A DNA stretch of 62,946 nt, filler included, from Anaerolineae bacterium (GTDB lineage Bacteria; Chloroflexota; Anaerolineae; B4-G1; DUEL01): NCBI GenBank assembly GCA_041082215.1. It is 6 parts of 6 records of this genome, joined end to end, with 100 filler letters (N's around TTAATTAATTAA, not from the genome) between each part and the next. Parts side by side here need not be neighbours in the genome. Positions count along the whole stretch, not along the records: positions 1 to 21,404 come from JBDOIF010000128.1; 5 more parts are not named here. One strand, written 5' to 3'. A program made the position numbers and the translations under genes. The stretch's first letter is position 1. Each line of letters starts with the position of its first letter. The notes under the pieces were generated by a model. The model was not told the origin of the DNA. It ran no database searches and saw only the letters and a list, made by a program, of their open reading frames with translations. This document shows, piece by piece, positions 1 through 9,497 of the stretch.

Positions 1-618
1 AACCTGGTGCGGGGCAACTATGGCGCCCACGCCGTCTACCTGGGCTGGAGCGGCTCCCGCTTTGAGGGCAACGTGGTGGTGGATAACGCCACACGCGAAG
101 GGATCCGTCTGGTCGATAGCCCCGACCTCACCCTGGTGAACAACGCAGTGGTCCGCAGCGCCAGCAACCTGTACACCCTGGTCGCCTTTGGTTATTCCGG
201 CGGCCCGCTCACCGCAAGGCTGGTCCACAACACCCTGGTGGGCAATGGAAATGTGCCCGGCGTGTACATTGAAAGCGGCTACGTGACGCTGTTCCTCACC
301 AACACCATCATCGTCAGCCACACCTGGGGCATCACCAACACCTATCCGGCCAGTTCCACCGTCTATGCCGACCACACGCTGTTCTGGGCCAACGCCAACA
401 ACGGCATCGCGGGCACGAATCCGGTATTCGGCGACCCTCGGCTTCTGCCGGACGGCTACCATCTGGGCCCCGGCTCAGCGGCGATAGATGCGGGGGTGGA
501 CGCGGGCATTACCACTGATATAGACGGCGACCTGCGCCCCATCGGCGCAGGGTACGACATCGGAGCGGATGAATGGCAGATGCAAGTGTATCTGCCGCTG
601 GTGCTGCGGAACTTGTAG
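1..618 (+). CDS. Secreted right-handed beta-helix protein, 5' truncated, with C-terminal VYLPLVLR motif
   Basis: Open frame from the window start with beta-helix-like Asn-rich repeats, an SAAIDAG...DIDGDLRP..GYDIGADE motif and terminal VYLPLVLRNL. Confidence 0.75.
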   Translation, partial: NLVRGNYGAHAVYLGWSGSRFEGNVVVDNATREGIRLVDSPDLTLVNNAVVRSASNLYTLVAFGYSGGPLTARLVHNTLVGNGNVPGVYIESGYVTLFLTNTIIVSHTWGITNTYPASSTVYADHTLFWANANNGIAGTNPVFGDPRLLPDGYHLGPGSAAIDAGVDAGITTDIDGDLRPIGAGYDIGADEWQMQVYLPLVLRNL

Positions 619-680
619 CGGGGGCTTCAGTCTGCAGCAGGGCTGGGAATCGCACCTGCAAAGGACAGCAAAAATACAGG

Positions 681-753
681 CACCCCCGGTGGGACTCGAA
701 CCCACAGCCATCGGCTTAGAAGGCCGGTGCTCTTCCTGTTGAGCTACGGGGGC
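681..753 (-). tRNA. tRNA-Arg (anticodon TCT)
   Basis: Reverse complement GCCCCCGTAGCTCAACAGGAAGAGCACCGGCCTTCTAAGCCGATGGCTGTGGGTTCGAGTCCCACCGGGGGTG folds as a cloverleaf with GTTCGA T-loop and CTTCTAA anticodon loop; full CCA not encoded. Confidence 0.95.
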
Positions 754-763
754 CTGCGTTCTT

Positions 764-792
764 ATTCTAAGCGACCCTTACCTCCCTGTCAA
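764..792 (-). promoter_or_regulatory. Sigma70-type promoter for tRNA-Arg
   Basis: TTGACA-17 nt-TAGAAT on the minus strand, 10 nt upstream of the tRNA. Confidence 0.75.
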
Positions 793-913
793 GCCCATCA
801 CCTGGGCTTCGGACAAGGGTTCAGACCTGAAAGGGCCGTCCTAAACATACGCCCAGCGACCCACCGCCGGGCGTCATCTGCGAGCTGTAAGCTGAACAGA
901 GGCCTCGGCTCCG

Positions 914-1369
914 TTACCTTTCCAGCACAGGACGGAGCCCCTTGTAGACCATCTGGCCTGAGAGGGTGCGCAGGATCGTCTCCGCCGGCCGTCCGACCAC
1001 ATCCGCCAGCTCCCGCGGGCTGAGCGGCACGTTGCCGTTGGAGAGAAAGACGCGAAATACCGCATCTACCAGCGAGATCTGATCGCTGATGTACCCCGGT
1101 TGACGGCTGCAGTGCTCCCGGATGACGTGATGCAACCCGTCCACCCGCGTCACCTCCCCCGTCTTGGGGTCTATCCAGTCTATCTGCTCTGTGGCGAAAT
1201 GCTCTGCATAGACCGCCCGATGCTCCGGGCAGAGATGCGACCGTAACTCCACCCGCAGGTCCCGCCCCGTCCGTTCCCACCACTCCAGGCTGATGTGAAA
1301 GGGGGTATCCAGCGTAGGTTTGATCAGACTTAAATGCCTCGGCGAGGCCTTGACCTCACTCATCGTCAC
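914..1369 (-). CDS. Conserved hypothetical protein
   Basis: Protein-like ORF (PTLDTPFHISLEWW, HLCPEH, EHCS) packed directly behind the upstream gene. Confidence 0.7.
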   Translation of the reverse strand: MTMSEVKASPRHLSLIKPTLDTPFHISLEWWERTGRDLRVELRSHLCPEHRAVYAEHFATEQIDWIDPKTGEVTRVDGLHHVIREHCSRQPGYISDQISLVDAVFRVFLSNGNVPLSPRELADVVGRPAETILRTLSGQMVYKGLRPVLER

Positions 1370-1372
1370 CCT

Positions 1373-2959
1373 CTAGAAACTCTGCCCCCGGCTCCGGGCA
1401 GCCCAGTAGTTGTCGCCCATCGAGACATATCGCTCATCGAGCACCAGCGCAGCCAGAATCGGCCCCGGCGGCGTGCGCATCGCCACATTGACGGCGCTGT
1501 AGAGCGTCGCTGCGTGCACCATCCCCTGAGGGGAGAGCTTTGCCAGCTCGGGGAAGATGTCGGCGATGACATCCTCCAGGGAGAACTTCCGCTGCCGGGC
1601 CCGCTCCCCTACCGCATCCAGAGAGAGGAAATCCTCCACCCCGATGACCATCAACTCGTCGTACTCACAGGAGAGGAGATGGGGGGTCATCTCAAACGTC
1701 AACCGGCCATTCTGGACGGTCGCAACTCGCACCCATTCCCGCCGGGGCCGCGTGGGCCGACACCGGACAACAACCACCCCCGGTTCACCGGCCCGCTGGA
1801 CCTCCACATAGGCCCCCACCGGCATCCGGTACCGCTCATACCACCCGAACAGGCCGTAGACAAAGCGCCGCTCCCGCACCACCCAGCCAGGCATCTCCTC
1901 ACCCGTATCCCCATCCCGGAAGGTGAAGCGAATACGATGGGTCCGACCGGTGGGGAAGACCCGGGCGAGCCGGGGCGAGAGCGGAAGCGTACCCGAACGG
2001 CGATGGGGATAGGTCAGCACAACCGTCACCGGCCCCCCCGACTCCGGCGGGGCAACCAGGTCCGACCACTCGTCGTCCAGCCACCGCTCCAGGTTGAGCA
2101 TGCCCTCGTTCAGCAGGCGATGGTCGTATTCCAGAACCCAGGGATGGAGCCTCTCCGGCGGGTTGAGCACCTCGGCTGGCTCCAGCCGGCGCAGATACCA
2201 GAGCACCTCCCCGGCCGGCCCCACCTCATCGAACCGATCGTCCTCCTGGAGGGCATAGTTGAGGGAAAAGACCCCCAGCCGGGGATTGACCTCCTCGGGA
2301 AGGTCCAGATCGCCGATCAACACCTCGGTGGGCAACGGCCCGCCCCCGGCCATATCCAGCACCGCTTCGGCCAGATTGAGCTGCCCCGGGCTGATCTCCA
2401 CCAGCAGGTCCCTGAGAAACCACTCACCGGCCAGACGGATGAAGGCAGGTTCCAACTCGAGGCGGGTAGCCAGTGTCGCCCGGACGCGAGGGCCGAACTC
2501 GGAATAGAGGGAGTCGGGGGAACGCAGCTCAACCTCTTCCAGAGGGACTGCCTGGTTGAGTGGGTGGTCCGTCAATTCGGCAGCGAACTCCCGCAGCCGA
2601 CCGCCAGGGAACGCCACCTGGATCACCCGAAAAGGACCGTATTCGGGGTTGCGTCCTTCCCGCACCCCCACGACCTCCCCCACCTGGTACTCCAGCGCGG
2701 GGAAGACGACTTTCTCGCCAACCTGATAGGAGTTCTTGGGGAGATAGGGGGTCCCTTTGGAGAGTTCCTGAGCGATACGCTCCTCTTCCCGCCGGCAGCG
2801 GAACACCACGACGGCCTGTGCCAGCTCGTCCAGCGGGAGCGGAACCTCCCGCTCCATCAGCAGGTTGCTGAGGTACTCCAGATCCTCGTCGGTTACCCGG
2901 AAGTTCTCCCAGTAGGCCGCTTCCTGTGTGTTGCGCCGAATCACAACCGGTATCTCCAT
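1373..2959 (-). CDS. Hypothetical protein (about 525 aa)
   Basis: Long ORF with typical composition; start taken at ATG 2959, alternative GTG 2943 follows a GGAG. Confidence 0.7.
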   Translation of the reverse strand: MEIPVVIRRNTQEAAYWENFRVTDEDLEYLSNLLMEREVPLPLDELAQAVVVFRCRREEERIAQELSKGTPYLPKNSYQVGEKVVFPALEYQVGEVVGVREGRNPEYGPFRVIQVAFPGGRLREFAAELTDHPLNQAVPLEEVELRSPDSLYSEFGPRVRATLATRLELEPAFIRLAGEWFLRDLLVEISPGQLNLAEAVLDMAGGGPLPTEVLIGDLDLPEEVNPRLGVFSLNYALQEDDRFDEVGPAGEVLWYLRRLEPAEVLNPPERLHPWVLEYDHRLLNEGMLNLERWLDDEWSDLVAPPESGGPVTVVLTYPHRRSGTLPLSPRLARVFPTGRTHRIRFTFRDGDTGEEMPGWVVRERRFVYGLFGWYERYRMPVGAYVEVQRAGEPGVVVVRCRPTRPRREWVRVATVQNGRLTFEMTPHLLSCEYDELMVIGVEDFLSLDAVGERARQRKFSLEDVIADIFPELAKLSPQGMVHAATLYSAVNVAMRTPPGPILAALVLDERYVSMGDNYWAARSRGQSF

Positions 2960-3056
2960 CCAGTACGCTCTGCAATGAGAGGCCCCAAGGGCACGGAACG
3001 GATTATACCAGGCTTCGGTCGGTTTGACAAATCCACAAGCTGCTTCCCCTGCCCCA

Positions 3057-3857
3057 TCAACGGGCGACGATCCGGGTGCCGAAGGGGGCCTCCGGCTCCA
3101 GAAGAGCGCGACGAACCATGCCCGGCTCCAGGCCGGAAAGGATGTGGACAACCAGGTCCGGCCAATGCTCCACCAGCCCGACCATCTGGGCCACCTTCCC
3201 CGCCATCCCTCCCGTCACATCCACCCCCTGTGATCCGGAAAGGAAGGGACGAATGGAGGGAAAGGTCGCGGGGGTGATGCGCGGGATCACCTCCCCCTGC
3301 CCATCCAGCACCCCGGCGGCCTGGCCCACCAGCAGGATGCGACGGGGCGCAAGGACCCCCGCCAGGTAGATGAACAGGTCCTCCGTCGAGGCGATGGTCC
3401 CGCCCCGGACCTCATCCAGCGCCACGTCGCCGTAGATCAGGGGGGTTAGCCCGCGTGCCAGCGCCTCCCGGATCGTGCCGACCTCCAGATAAGCCACCTC
3501 ACCATCCCGGCAGCGGAGGGAAGCGGACGGCTGAAGGCTGAAGGCGGGGACGCCCTCCTCCAGGAACAGTTCCGTCACCAGCCGGTTCAGCCGGGCAGCC
3601 GCAGCAGCGACCTCGACAAAACCCCGCCATTGTTCGGGCGTGTGGACCCCATCCCGGGTTCCGTAAGGGGCCGCCGCATAGTGGCCGAAGGAACCGGAGC
3701 CGTGGGCCAGCACCAATCGGAGGCGGGGGCTTCGTTCCTGCGCCTCCCGCACCTCCTGCGCCAGCCGCCGCACCCGGTCCGGCAGGAGAGCATAGGGACG
3801 GGTCTTATCGGTGATCAGGGAGCCCCCCAGCTTGAGGAAAACAAGCTCTTCCATCAC
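3057..3857 (-). CDS. ipk: Isopentenyl phosphate kinase (amino-acid-kinase family)
   Basis: LKLGGSLITDK, HGSGSFGH, GDVALD and DVTGGMAGK motifs; adjacent to mevalonate kinase. Confidence 0.85.
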   Translation of the reverse strand: MMEELVFLKLGGSLITDKTRPYALLPDRVRRLAQEVREAQERSPRLRLVLAHGSGSFGHYAAAPYGTRDGVHTPEQWRGFVEVAAAAARLNRLVTELFLEEGVPAFSLQPSASLRCRDGEVAYLEVGTIREALARGLTPLIYGDVALDEVRGGTIASTEDLFIYLAGVLAPRRILLVGQAAGVLDGQGEVIPRITPATFPSIRPFLSGSQGVDVTGGMAGKVAQMVGLVEHWPDLVVHILSGLEPGMVRRALLEPEAPFGTRIVAR

Positions 3858-3864
3858 CCCAGAA

Positions 3865-4800
3865 TCAGCGGACCGTCTCCACCGCTGTGAAAAAAGTGCG
3901 GGCTGCGCCGGCCTCCGTCAACGCCGCCTCCACCTCGTCCGCCAGGCCCATCTCCACAAGGGCGACCACGTTGCCGCCCCTCCCGGCGCCGGAGAGCTTG
4001 GCCCCCAGCGCCCCGGCCATCCGGGCCGCTTCGACCAGCCCATCCAGCTCGGGGGAAGAGACCCCCATTTCCTGCAGGAGTTCATGGTTCCGATCCATCA
4101 ACATCCCCAGCTCGTCGGGGTCCCCCTCCTCGATCGCCCTCCGGGCATCCTCCACCAGCTCACCGATCTGGTCAAAGAGAAAGTCATAGTGAGCTGGCTC
4201 GGCCTCCCACCGACGCCGCACTGCCTCCACCACCCGACGGGTAGGGCTGGGGATGCCGGTATCGGCGATGAGCAGGTGGAGCGGCTCCCCCACGCGCAGC
4301 GGTTCCGGCGGCTCTCCCTGGACAAAATAGACGGGCCGCTCGTAGGCGATGACGGTGTTGTCTATGCCGCTGGGGGTGCCATGGTGGAGCTTTTCCACCT
4401 CAAAGACGAGCTGGCTGACCTCGGGCGGGGAAAGCTCTGCCCCGACGAACCCGGCCAGCGCACGGACGATGGCCGCAGAGACCGCTGCGCCGCTCCCCAT
4501 CCCCCCGGCGATGGGGATGGTGGAGGTGAGGGTGAGGACAGCGTCCGGTTCATCTGCCTCCAGGTGGGCCAGGGTGAGCCGGGCGATGGCCGCCAGCGGG
4601 TCGTCCCCAGGGGCATCCCCCAGGCGGATGCTCCGGTTCAGGTCGAGGGCCACCAGCGTAAGGCCGCTCCCCGGCGGCACGGCCTCCACCCTCGCCGTGG
4701 CCCGCACCCGGGAGACCGGTACGGCAATGGCCGGCCGCCCGTAGACCACAGCGTGCTCCCCCAACAGGATCACCTTTCCCGAAGCAGATGCATGAACCAT
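3865..4800 (-). CDS. mvk: Mevalonate kinase (GHMP family)
   Basis: GKVILLGEHAVVYGRPAIA, PIAGGMGSGAA, HGTPSGID, GAKLSGAGRGG. Confidence 0.92.
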   Translation of the reverse strand: MVHASASGKVILLGEHAVVYGRPAIAVPVSRVRATARVEAVPPGSGLTLVALDLNRSIRLGDAPGDDPLAAIARLTLAHLEADEPDAVLTLTSTIPIAGGMGSGAAVSAAIVRALAGFVGAELSPPEVSQLVFEVEKLHHGTPSGIDNTVIAYERPVYFVQGEPPEPLRVGEPLHLLIADTGIPSPTRRVVEAVRRRWEAEPAHYDFLFDQIGELVEDARRAIEEGDPDELGMLMDRNHELLQEMGVSSPELDGLVEAARMAGALGAKLSGAGRGGNVVALVEMGLADEVEAALTEAGAARTFFTAVETVR

Positions 4801-4810
4801 CGCCCCCCCA

Positions 4811-5686
4811 TCACCGAAAGAAGTACATAATCAACACGACCGCCAGCGCCCAGAGGAGCACCCCGGCCTGAAGAGGACGGTCCCGCAACACAATCTCCTC
4901 CGGCTCCCCTCCCAGCCCGCGGACCTGAACCAGGTACAGGTAGCGGAAGACGGCGTAGAGGACAAAGGGGGTGGTGAGCATCATCGTGTGGTTGGCCGGC
5001 AGGTTGGGGGCGGAAAAGGTGTAGAGGGCATAGGCAACCAGCGTGGCTGCGGTGACGATGGTGATGATCTGGTCCAGGAGCGGCAGGTTGTACTCCTGAA
5101 GGCTCTCCCGATGGGCGTTGGCGTTCTCCTTCAGCAGCACCAGCTCGTGACGGCGCTTGTTGAAGCCGATGAAGAGCGCCAGCAAGGCCATGCAGACATA
5201 CATCCAGGGGGAGAAACGTTCCGCCTCCACCAGTGGAACCCCCGCCGCCACCCGCATCACGAACCCGGCGGCGATGGTCAGCACGTCAATGATAACCAGG
5301 TTTTTGAGCAGGAAGGAATAGGCAACCTGGAGCAGGAGGTAACCCAGGAGAACCCCGCCGAAAAGGGAGTTGAGCCAGAAGCCGGCGGGGAGGCTCACCA
5401 GCGGGATCAGGATGGCTGCGGTGAGAGCCACACCGGTCGAGAGCTGACCGGAGGGGATGGGCCGGTTCCGCTTGCGTGGGTGTTGCCGGTCCTTCTCCAC
5501 ATCCACCAGATCGTTGATGATGTACACCGTTCCGGAGACCAGACACAGGAGGACAAAGCCGGCCACCGTCCGTGAGAGGTAAGTAAGGTTGAAAAGCTTG
5601 ACGTCGAAGACAAGAGGGGCAAACACGAAGACATTCTTTAGCCACTGCTTGGGACGCATCGTTTTGAGCAGAGCAATGAACCCCAC
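4811..5686 (-). CDS. UbiA-family prenyltransferase (decaprenyl-phosphate phosphoribosyltransferase-like)
   Basis: RPKQWLKN, YIINDLVDVEKDRQHPRKRNRPIPSG, KRRHEL, multiple TM helices. Confidence 0.85.
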   Translation of the reverse strand: MGFIALLKTMRPKQWLKNVFVFAPLVFDVKLFNLTYLSRTVAGFVLLCLVSGTVYIINDLVDVEKDRQHPRKRNRPIPSGQLSTGVALTAAILIPLVSLPAGFWLNSLFGGVLLGYLLLQVAYSFLLKNLVIIDVLTIAAGFVMRVAAGVPLVEAERFSPWMYVCMALLALFIGFNKRRHELVLLKENANAHRESLQEYNLPLLDQIITIVTAATLVAYALYTFSAPNLPANHTMMLTTPFVLYAVFRYLYLVQVRGLGGEPEEIVLRDRPLQAGVLLWALAVVLIMYFFR

Positions 5687-5761
5687 AGCTCGGTCTCCTC
5701 ACAGATGTGTGATTCTTGATGATAACAGAAAATGGGAATTCGCGCAAACAGCACCGCCCCA

Positions 5762-6508
5762 CTATCCTCCCTTCAACAATACTTGCAGCACCCTCCCAAG
5801 AGCGACGACCAGGACTGTCAGCATGCACAGGCCGATAACGCCCAGCACGCCGACCACAATCCAGACAGTCCTCGTCTGCCGGCCAGCCTGGGCCACCATC
5901 TCCGGAACGCCGCCCGTGGAGACGACGAGAGGCGTCTTCGGCCCCTTGCCGACGAACATCTGGCCGTCCCTCTCCTGAACCGTCCCCACAACCGTGACCT
6001 CCTCGCCCGCACGCAGTGCCCAGACCTGAATGAACCCTTCCGCCATACTCGGGGGAAGCCCCACTGCCTGCAAAGCATCCAGGCGCTCCTGCCCGGTAGG
6101 AACGATCCCCTCCCCACCGATCAGGAGAGGGTCCAGCCCGGCCGGGTCAACCCAGACCGTACCTGTGCCGTCGTCCAGCAGAAACGGCCGCGCCTGGACG
6201 CGGTCCATCTCCTGCTTCTTCTCCCCAATGCCGATCCGCAGCGACAGCCGCAGCACGGCGATATCCAGGAACGGCTGGACCGGATCGGGGACCTGCGAGA
6301 TGGTTCCCCTGAGCAGGACCAGCCCCTGGTCTGGCCGAAGGGTCGCGACCGAACGCGAAGGGACCTGGGCCAGCATGGCCCGAAGCTGCTGACGCTTGCG
6401 GCCGCTGCGAAACAGCAGGGCGAGGAAGGGGATCATCGCCACGGCGAAGAAGAGGACCAGCCCAGCACAACACAGAAGCGGAATAGCAGAACCGAAGTCC
6501 CCTGACAT
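5762..6508 (-). CDS. Membrane protein with GIDE-like central domain
   Basis: N- and C-terminal TM helices around PFLLDDGTGTVWVDP and LRAGEEVTVVG motifs. Confidence 0.55.
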   Translation of the reverse strand: MSGDFGSAIPLLCCAGLVLFFAVAMIPFLALLFRSGRKRQQLRAMLAQVPSRSVATLRPDQGLVLLRGTISQVPDPVQPFLDIAVLRLSLRIGIGEKKQEMDRVQARPFLLDDGTGTVWVDPAGLDPLLIGGEGIVPTGQERLDALQAVGLPPSMAEGFIQVWALRAGEEVTVVGTVQERDGQMFVGKGPKTPLVVSTGGVPEMVAQAGRQTRTVWIVVGVLGVIGLCMLTVLVVALGRVLQVLLKGG

Positions 6509-6554
6509 GCTGTTCTCCTTATTGGCTCAAGGTTTGCGTCATACGGGCAAAATT

Positions 6555-7445
6555 CTAGCCCCTGACCAGGTCGCGCAGGGTGCGGTAGCCTATGATATGT
6601 ATCCCACAATTTCGAATGTGGCGCCGCAGTTCTTCACTGCCGAAGGCCTGGTAGTCCCCCACCCGACACTGCCAGTCAGTGGCGGCTGCACGCAGCTCTG
6701 GAGTATCCACCGCCGCATGGACAACGAAATGGGTCAGGCCCGGCGGGAGATTTTCGAAGGCCTTCCGGGCCTGTTCCAGCCGCTCCTCCGGCCGGTCCAG
6801 CGGCAGGCCGTCCACGCGGTCGAACAGAGGCAGCCCCTGGGCCTCCAGCTCCTCCACCATGCCGGCCGCGAACCGGGCAGTCCCGGCATCCAGCCCCATC
6901 TCCCGCCAGCCCGCCTCGTCGAGCCGGAGCATCAGGGCCGGCAGGCTGTATCGGCGGGCCAGCCCCAGGTAAGCAGGGATAAACTTGAGATGGGCCACGG
7001 TGCCCATATGGGTATCCAGGTGGGTCACGTCAATGCCGGCCGCCAGGGCCCGGCTGACCTGGGCCTCGAGCTCGGCCTGAACGGCCGCAGGGTCGGCGCG
7101 CGCCTGGACGTCCTCCGGCTCCCGATAGAAGTAGCCTTCGTCGTCCAGCAAGCCCGAGGCGGGATCGCGGGTGGAGATGGGGCCCCAGCGGTAGGCGTCC
7201 CACTCGCTGTTGAGGGTCAGATGGACGCCCATATCCACCTGGGGATGCTGGCGGCAATACGCAGCCAGCGCAGGGAACCAGGAGCATGGGACCATCGTTG
7301 ACCCACAGGAAACCAGTCCGAAGTCCAGCAGATCATAGAAGGCCGACAGGGTAGCCTGACACATGCCGACGTCATCGGCGTGGATGACGGCCACGCGGTC
7401 GGTATCGGCCAGGCCCAGCCGGCGCAGCACCGGATTAGGTTTCAT
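6555..7445 (-). CDS. YdjC/ChbG-family carbohydrate deacetylase
   Basis: IHADDVGMC, GVHLTLNSEW, THLDTHMG; overlaps the GH4 stop. Confidence 0.85.
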   Translation of the reverse strand: MKPNPVLRRLGLADTDRVAVIHADDVGMCQATLSAFYDLLDFGLVSCGSTMVPCSWFPALAAYCRQHPQVDMGVHLTLNSEWDAYRWGPISTRDPASGLLDDEGYFYREPEDVQARADPAAVQAELEAQVSRALAAGIDVTHLDTHMGTVAHLKFIPAYLGLARRYSLPALMLRLDEAGWREMGLDAGTARFAAGMVEELEAQGLPLFDRVDGLPLDRPEERLEQARKAFENLPPGLTHFVVHAAVDTPELRAAATDWQCRVGDYQAFGSEELRRHIRNCGIHIIGYRTLRDLVRG

Positions 7446-8749
7446 CCTGTCCCTCCGTGGGCATGAAACTGAGGCAGATACTGCCGGTTGGTCTCCAGCA
7501 GGTCATCCAGAACCGCCTGCACCCGGTCGGCGGAGGGGCCCAGGGGATGGGCCAGCAGCGCCTGATAGGCCGCACCCCGATCCCCATGCACCGCCGCCTC
7601 GACAGTGAGCAATTCGTACATCTTCACCTGTGCCAGCAGGCCGAAGCAGACCGGCGGGAGGGGTTGGGCGGGAAGGGGGTGAACCCCGGCCCGGTCCACC
7701 CGGCAGGGCATCTCCAGCACCCAGTCGGCGGGCCAGCCAGCCACCGCGCCGGCGTGGCGGACGTTCACTATATGGACCTCGCCGCGGTCGTTATGGTGGG
7801 CATCCAGCAGTTGTGTGGCGAGGGTGGAATAGTACGCCCCGCCCCGCTTCATCAGGCCCGGGGGAGGCTCCGTGAGGTGGGGGTCGGCGTACTGACGCAG
7901 AAGCTCGGCCTCGATCTCCATCACCTGCTCGGCGCGGGAGGGAGGCCACCGCTCCTGCTCGGCCAGCTTGCGGTGGGTGTAATAGTAGTACTGAAGATAA
8001 TAGTTGGGGATCATGCCCAGGACCTCGATGGTGCGGGGGTCCCACTCCGGCTCAGCCTCGGCCCGCAGGTGGGCCAGAAACCCCTCCAGGACCAGGGGCC
8101 ACATTTCCTGTCCGTCCACGGCGAAGCCCCGGTGCCAGGTGAGGTGATTGAGGCCCAGCGTATCCAGCCGTGCCCTTTCCGGCGCCAGAGGCTCGCCCAG
8201 ATGCTGGCTCAGGCCCTGCAGGATGCCCATGGCAGTGGTGATGGCCACATTGCACACCCCCACAGCCTGGACCTGAGGCGCATAGCGGGTGAGGGCCTCG
8301 GTGACCAGTCCGGCCGGGTTGGTGAAGTTGACCAGGAGCGCGCCGGGGGCCAGTTTGGCCATCTTTCGGGCGATGTCGAGGAGGACGGGGATCGTGCGCA
8401 GCGCCTTGGCCATGCCGCCCACGCCGGTCGTCTCCTGGCCGATCAGGCCGTGCCGCCGGCCCAGGTATTCGTCGGCGCGGCGGGCAGCCATGCCCCCCAC
8501 CCGCAACTGAGTGATCACGTAGGCCGCCCCGCGAAGGGCATCCTCGAGGTCCCCGGTTGTGACTACACAAAAAGGGGCGTGAGCGGCCGCCACCATCCGC
8601 CGCGCAAGCCCCCCCACCACCTCCAGCCGCCGGGGAGCGATGTCCATCAGCCACAGCTCCTCCAGAGGGAACGAGGCCGCCCGCTCCAGAAACCCCTTCA
8701 CCAGCTCCGGCGTGTAGGTCGAACCACCGCCGATAACTGCTACCTTCAT
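7442..8749 (-). CDS. Family 4 glycoside hydrolase (6-phospho-beta-glucosidase-like)
   Basis: [45 protein letters not shown] follows GGAGG. Confidence 0.9.
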   Translation of the reverse strand: MKVAVIGGGSTYTPELVKGFLERAASFPLEELWLMDIAPRRLEVVGGLARRMVAAAHAPFCVVTTGDLEDALRGAAYVITQLRVGGMAARRADEYLGRRHGLIGQETTGVGGMAKALRTIPVLLDIARKMAKLAPGALLVNFTNPAGLVTEALTRYAPQVQAVGVCNVAITTAMGILQGLSQHLGEPLAPERARLDTLGLNHLTWHRGFAVDGQEMWPLVLEGFLAHLRAEAEPEWDPRTIEVLGMIPNYYLQYYYYTHRKLAEQERWPPSRAEQVMEIEAELLRQYADPHLTEPPPGLMKRGGAYYSTLATQLLDAHHNDRGEVHIVNVRHAGAVAGWPADWVLEMPCRVDRAGVHPLPAQPLPPVCFGLLAQVKMYELLTVEAAVHGDRGAAYQALLAHPLGPSADRVQAVLDDLLETNRQYLPQFHAHGGTG

Positions 8750-8904
8750 CCTCCTCCCTTCACCTCCACAGCAGTATACGCAGTTTCGGGGTTGAGGCAA
8801 GTGCAACAAAGGAAGAACGCAGACTTCCCACCCGCAAAAAGCCCCCTACCCCTCCCCAGCACGAGGAGGAGAAGGGGGCAACGCAGAGGCCAAACGCAAC
8901 GGGG

Positions 8905-9390
8905 TTAACCCGACCAGTCCCACACCCCTCGATCGTTCAGGCTCCAGTAGGCCCGTTCCAGAATCCGGTGATGGCCATCCTCCTCCGCGGCCAGCCTCTG
9001 GAACATAGCCTTCCCGTCCGGATCGCTCACCTGTCCGGCCAGGGTGGTATACCGCTCCCGGGCTTTGCGCTCGAACTCCATCGCCGCGGTGATGATCCCC
9101 ATCAGGCTCATCCGGTTGGGCTCCTCAAAGCCCTTCACCTCCCGATGCACCGGAAGCTTCATCTCATATCCTTCGTATGCGATAAAAGCCCCCCGTTTGC
9201 GCAGCGACTCCTCCAGGGCCTCCAGCTTGCGGTAGTGATGACGTTCGAACTCGGCCAACTGCTCAAAGAGCTGTCGTCCCAGGCTGTTGCCAGCCCTCTG
9301 CGCCGCATCGGCATATGCCGCTGCCGCCTCCTCCTCAGCCTTCATCCCAATCCGTATGGCATCCAGCAGGGTCAGTTCCTGTTCGCTCAT
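8905..9390 (-). CDS. Rubrerythrin/ferritin-like protein
   Basis: Two E..ExxH di-iron motifs (AEFERHH, AEEDGHH). Confidence 0.8.
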   Translation of the reverse strand: MSEQELTLLDAIRIGMKAEEEAAAAYADAAQRAGNSLGRQLFEQLAEFERHHYRKLEALEESLRKRGAFIAYEGYEMKLPVHREVKGFEEPNRMSLMGIITAAMEFERKARERYTTLAGQVSDPDGKAMFQRLAAEEDGHHRILERAYWSLNDRGVWDWSG

Positions 9391-9497
9391 CTTTTCTCCT
9401 TTTCTCTGTATCTGAGAGGGCTTCCAACTGCCCGGCACTTTTGTTGGCATGCAGGACGCTTATCACGAATGGCGCAAATGAGCCGAATATTATGAAT

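Noticed and set aside
800..910. Possible structured ncRNA between the hypothetical gene and the tRNA promoter
   Set aside because: Only one GC hairpin (about 849-876) and no family motif that I recognise.
1334..3277. Long antisense ORFs (also 13440-15146, 21509-23170, 45897-47999 and others)
   Set aside because: Shadow frames opposite well-supported genes, expected at high GC, with no recognisable motifs.
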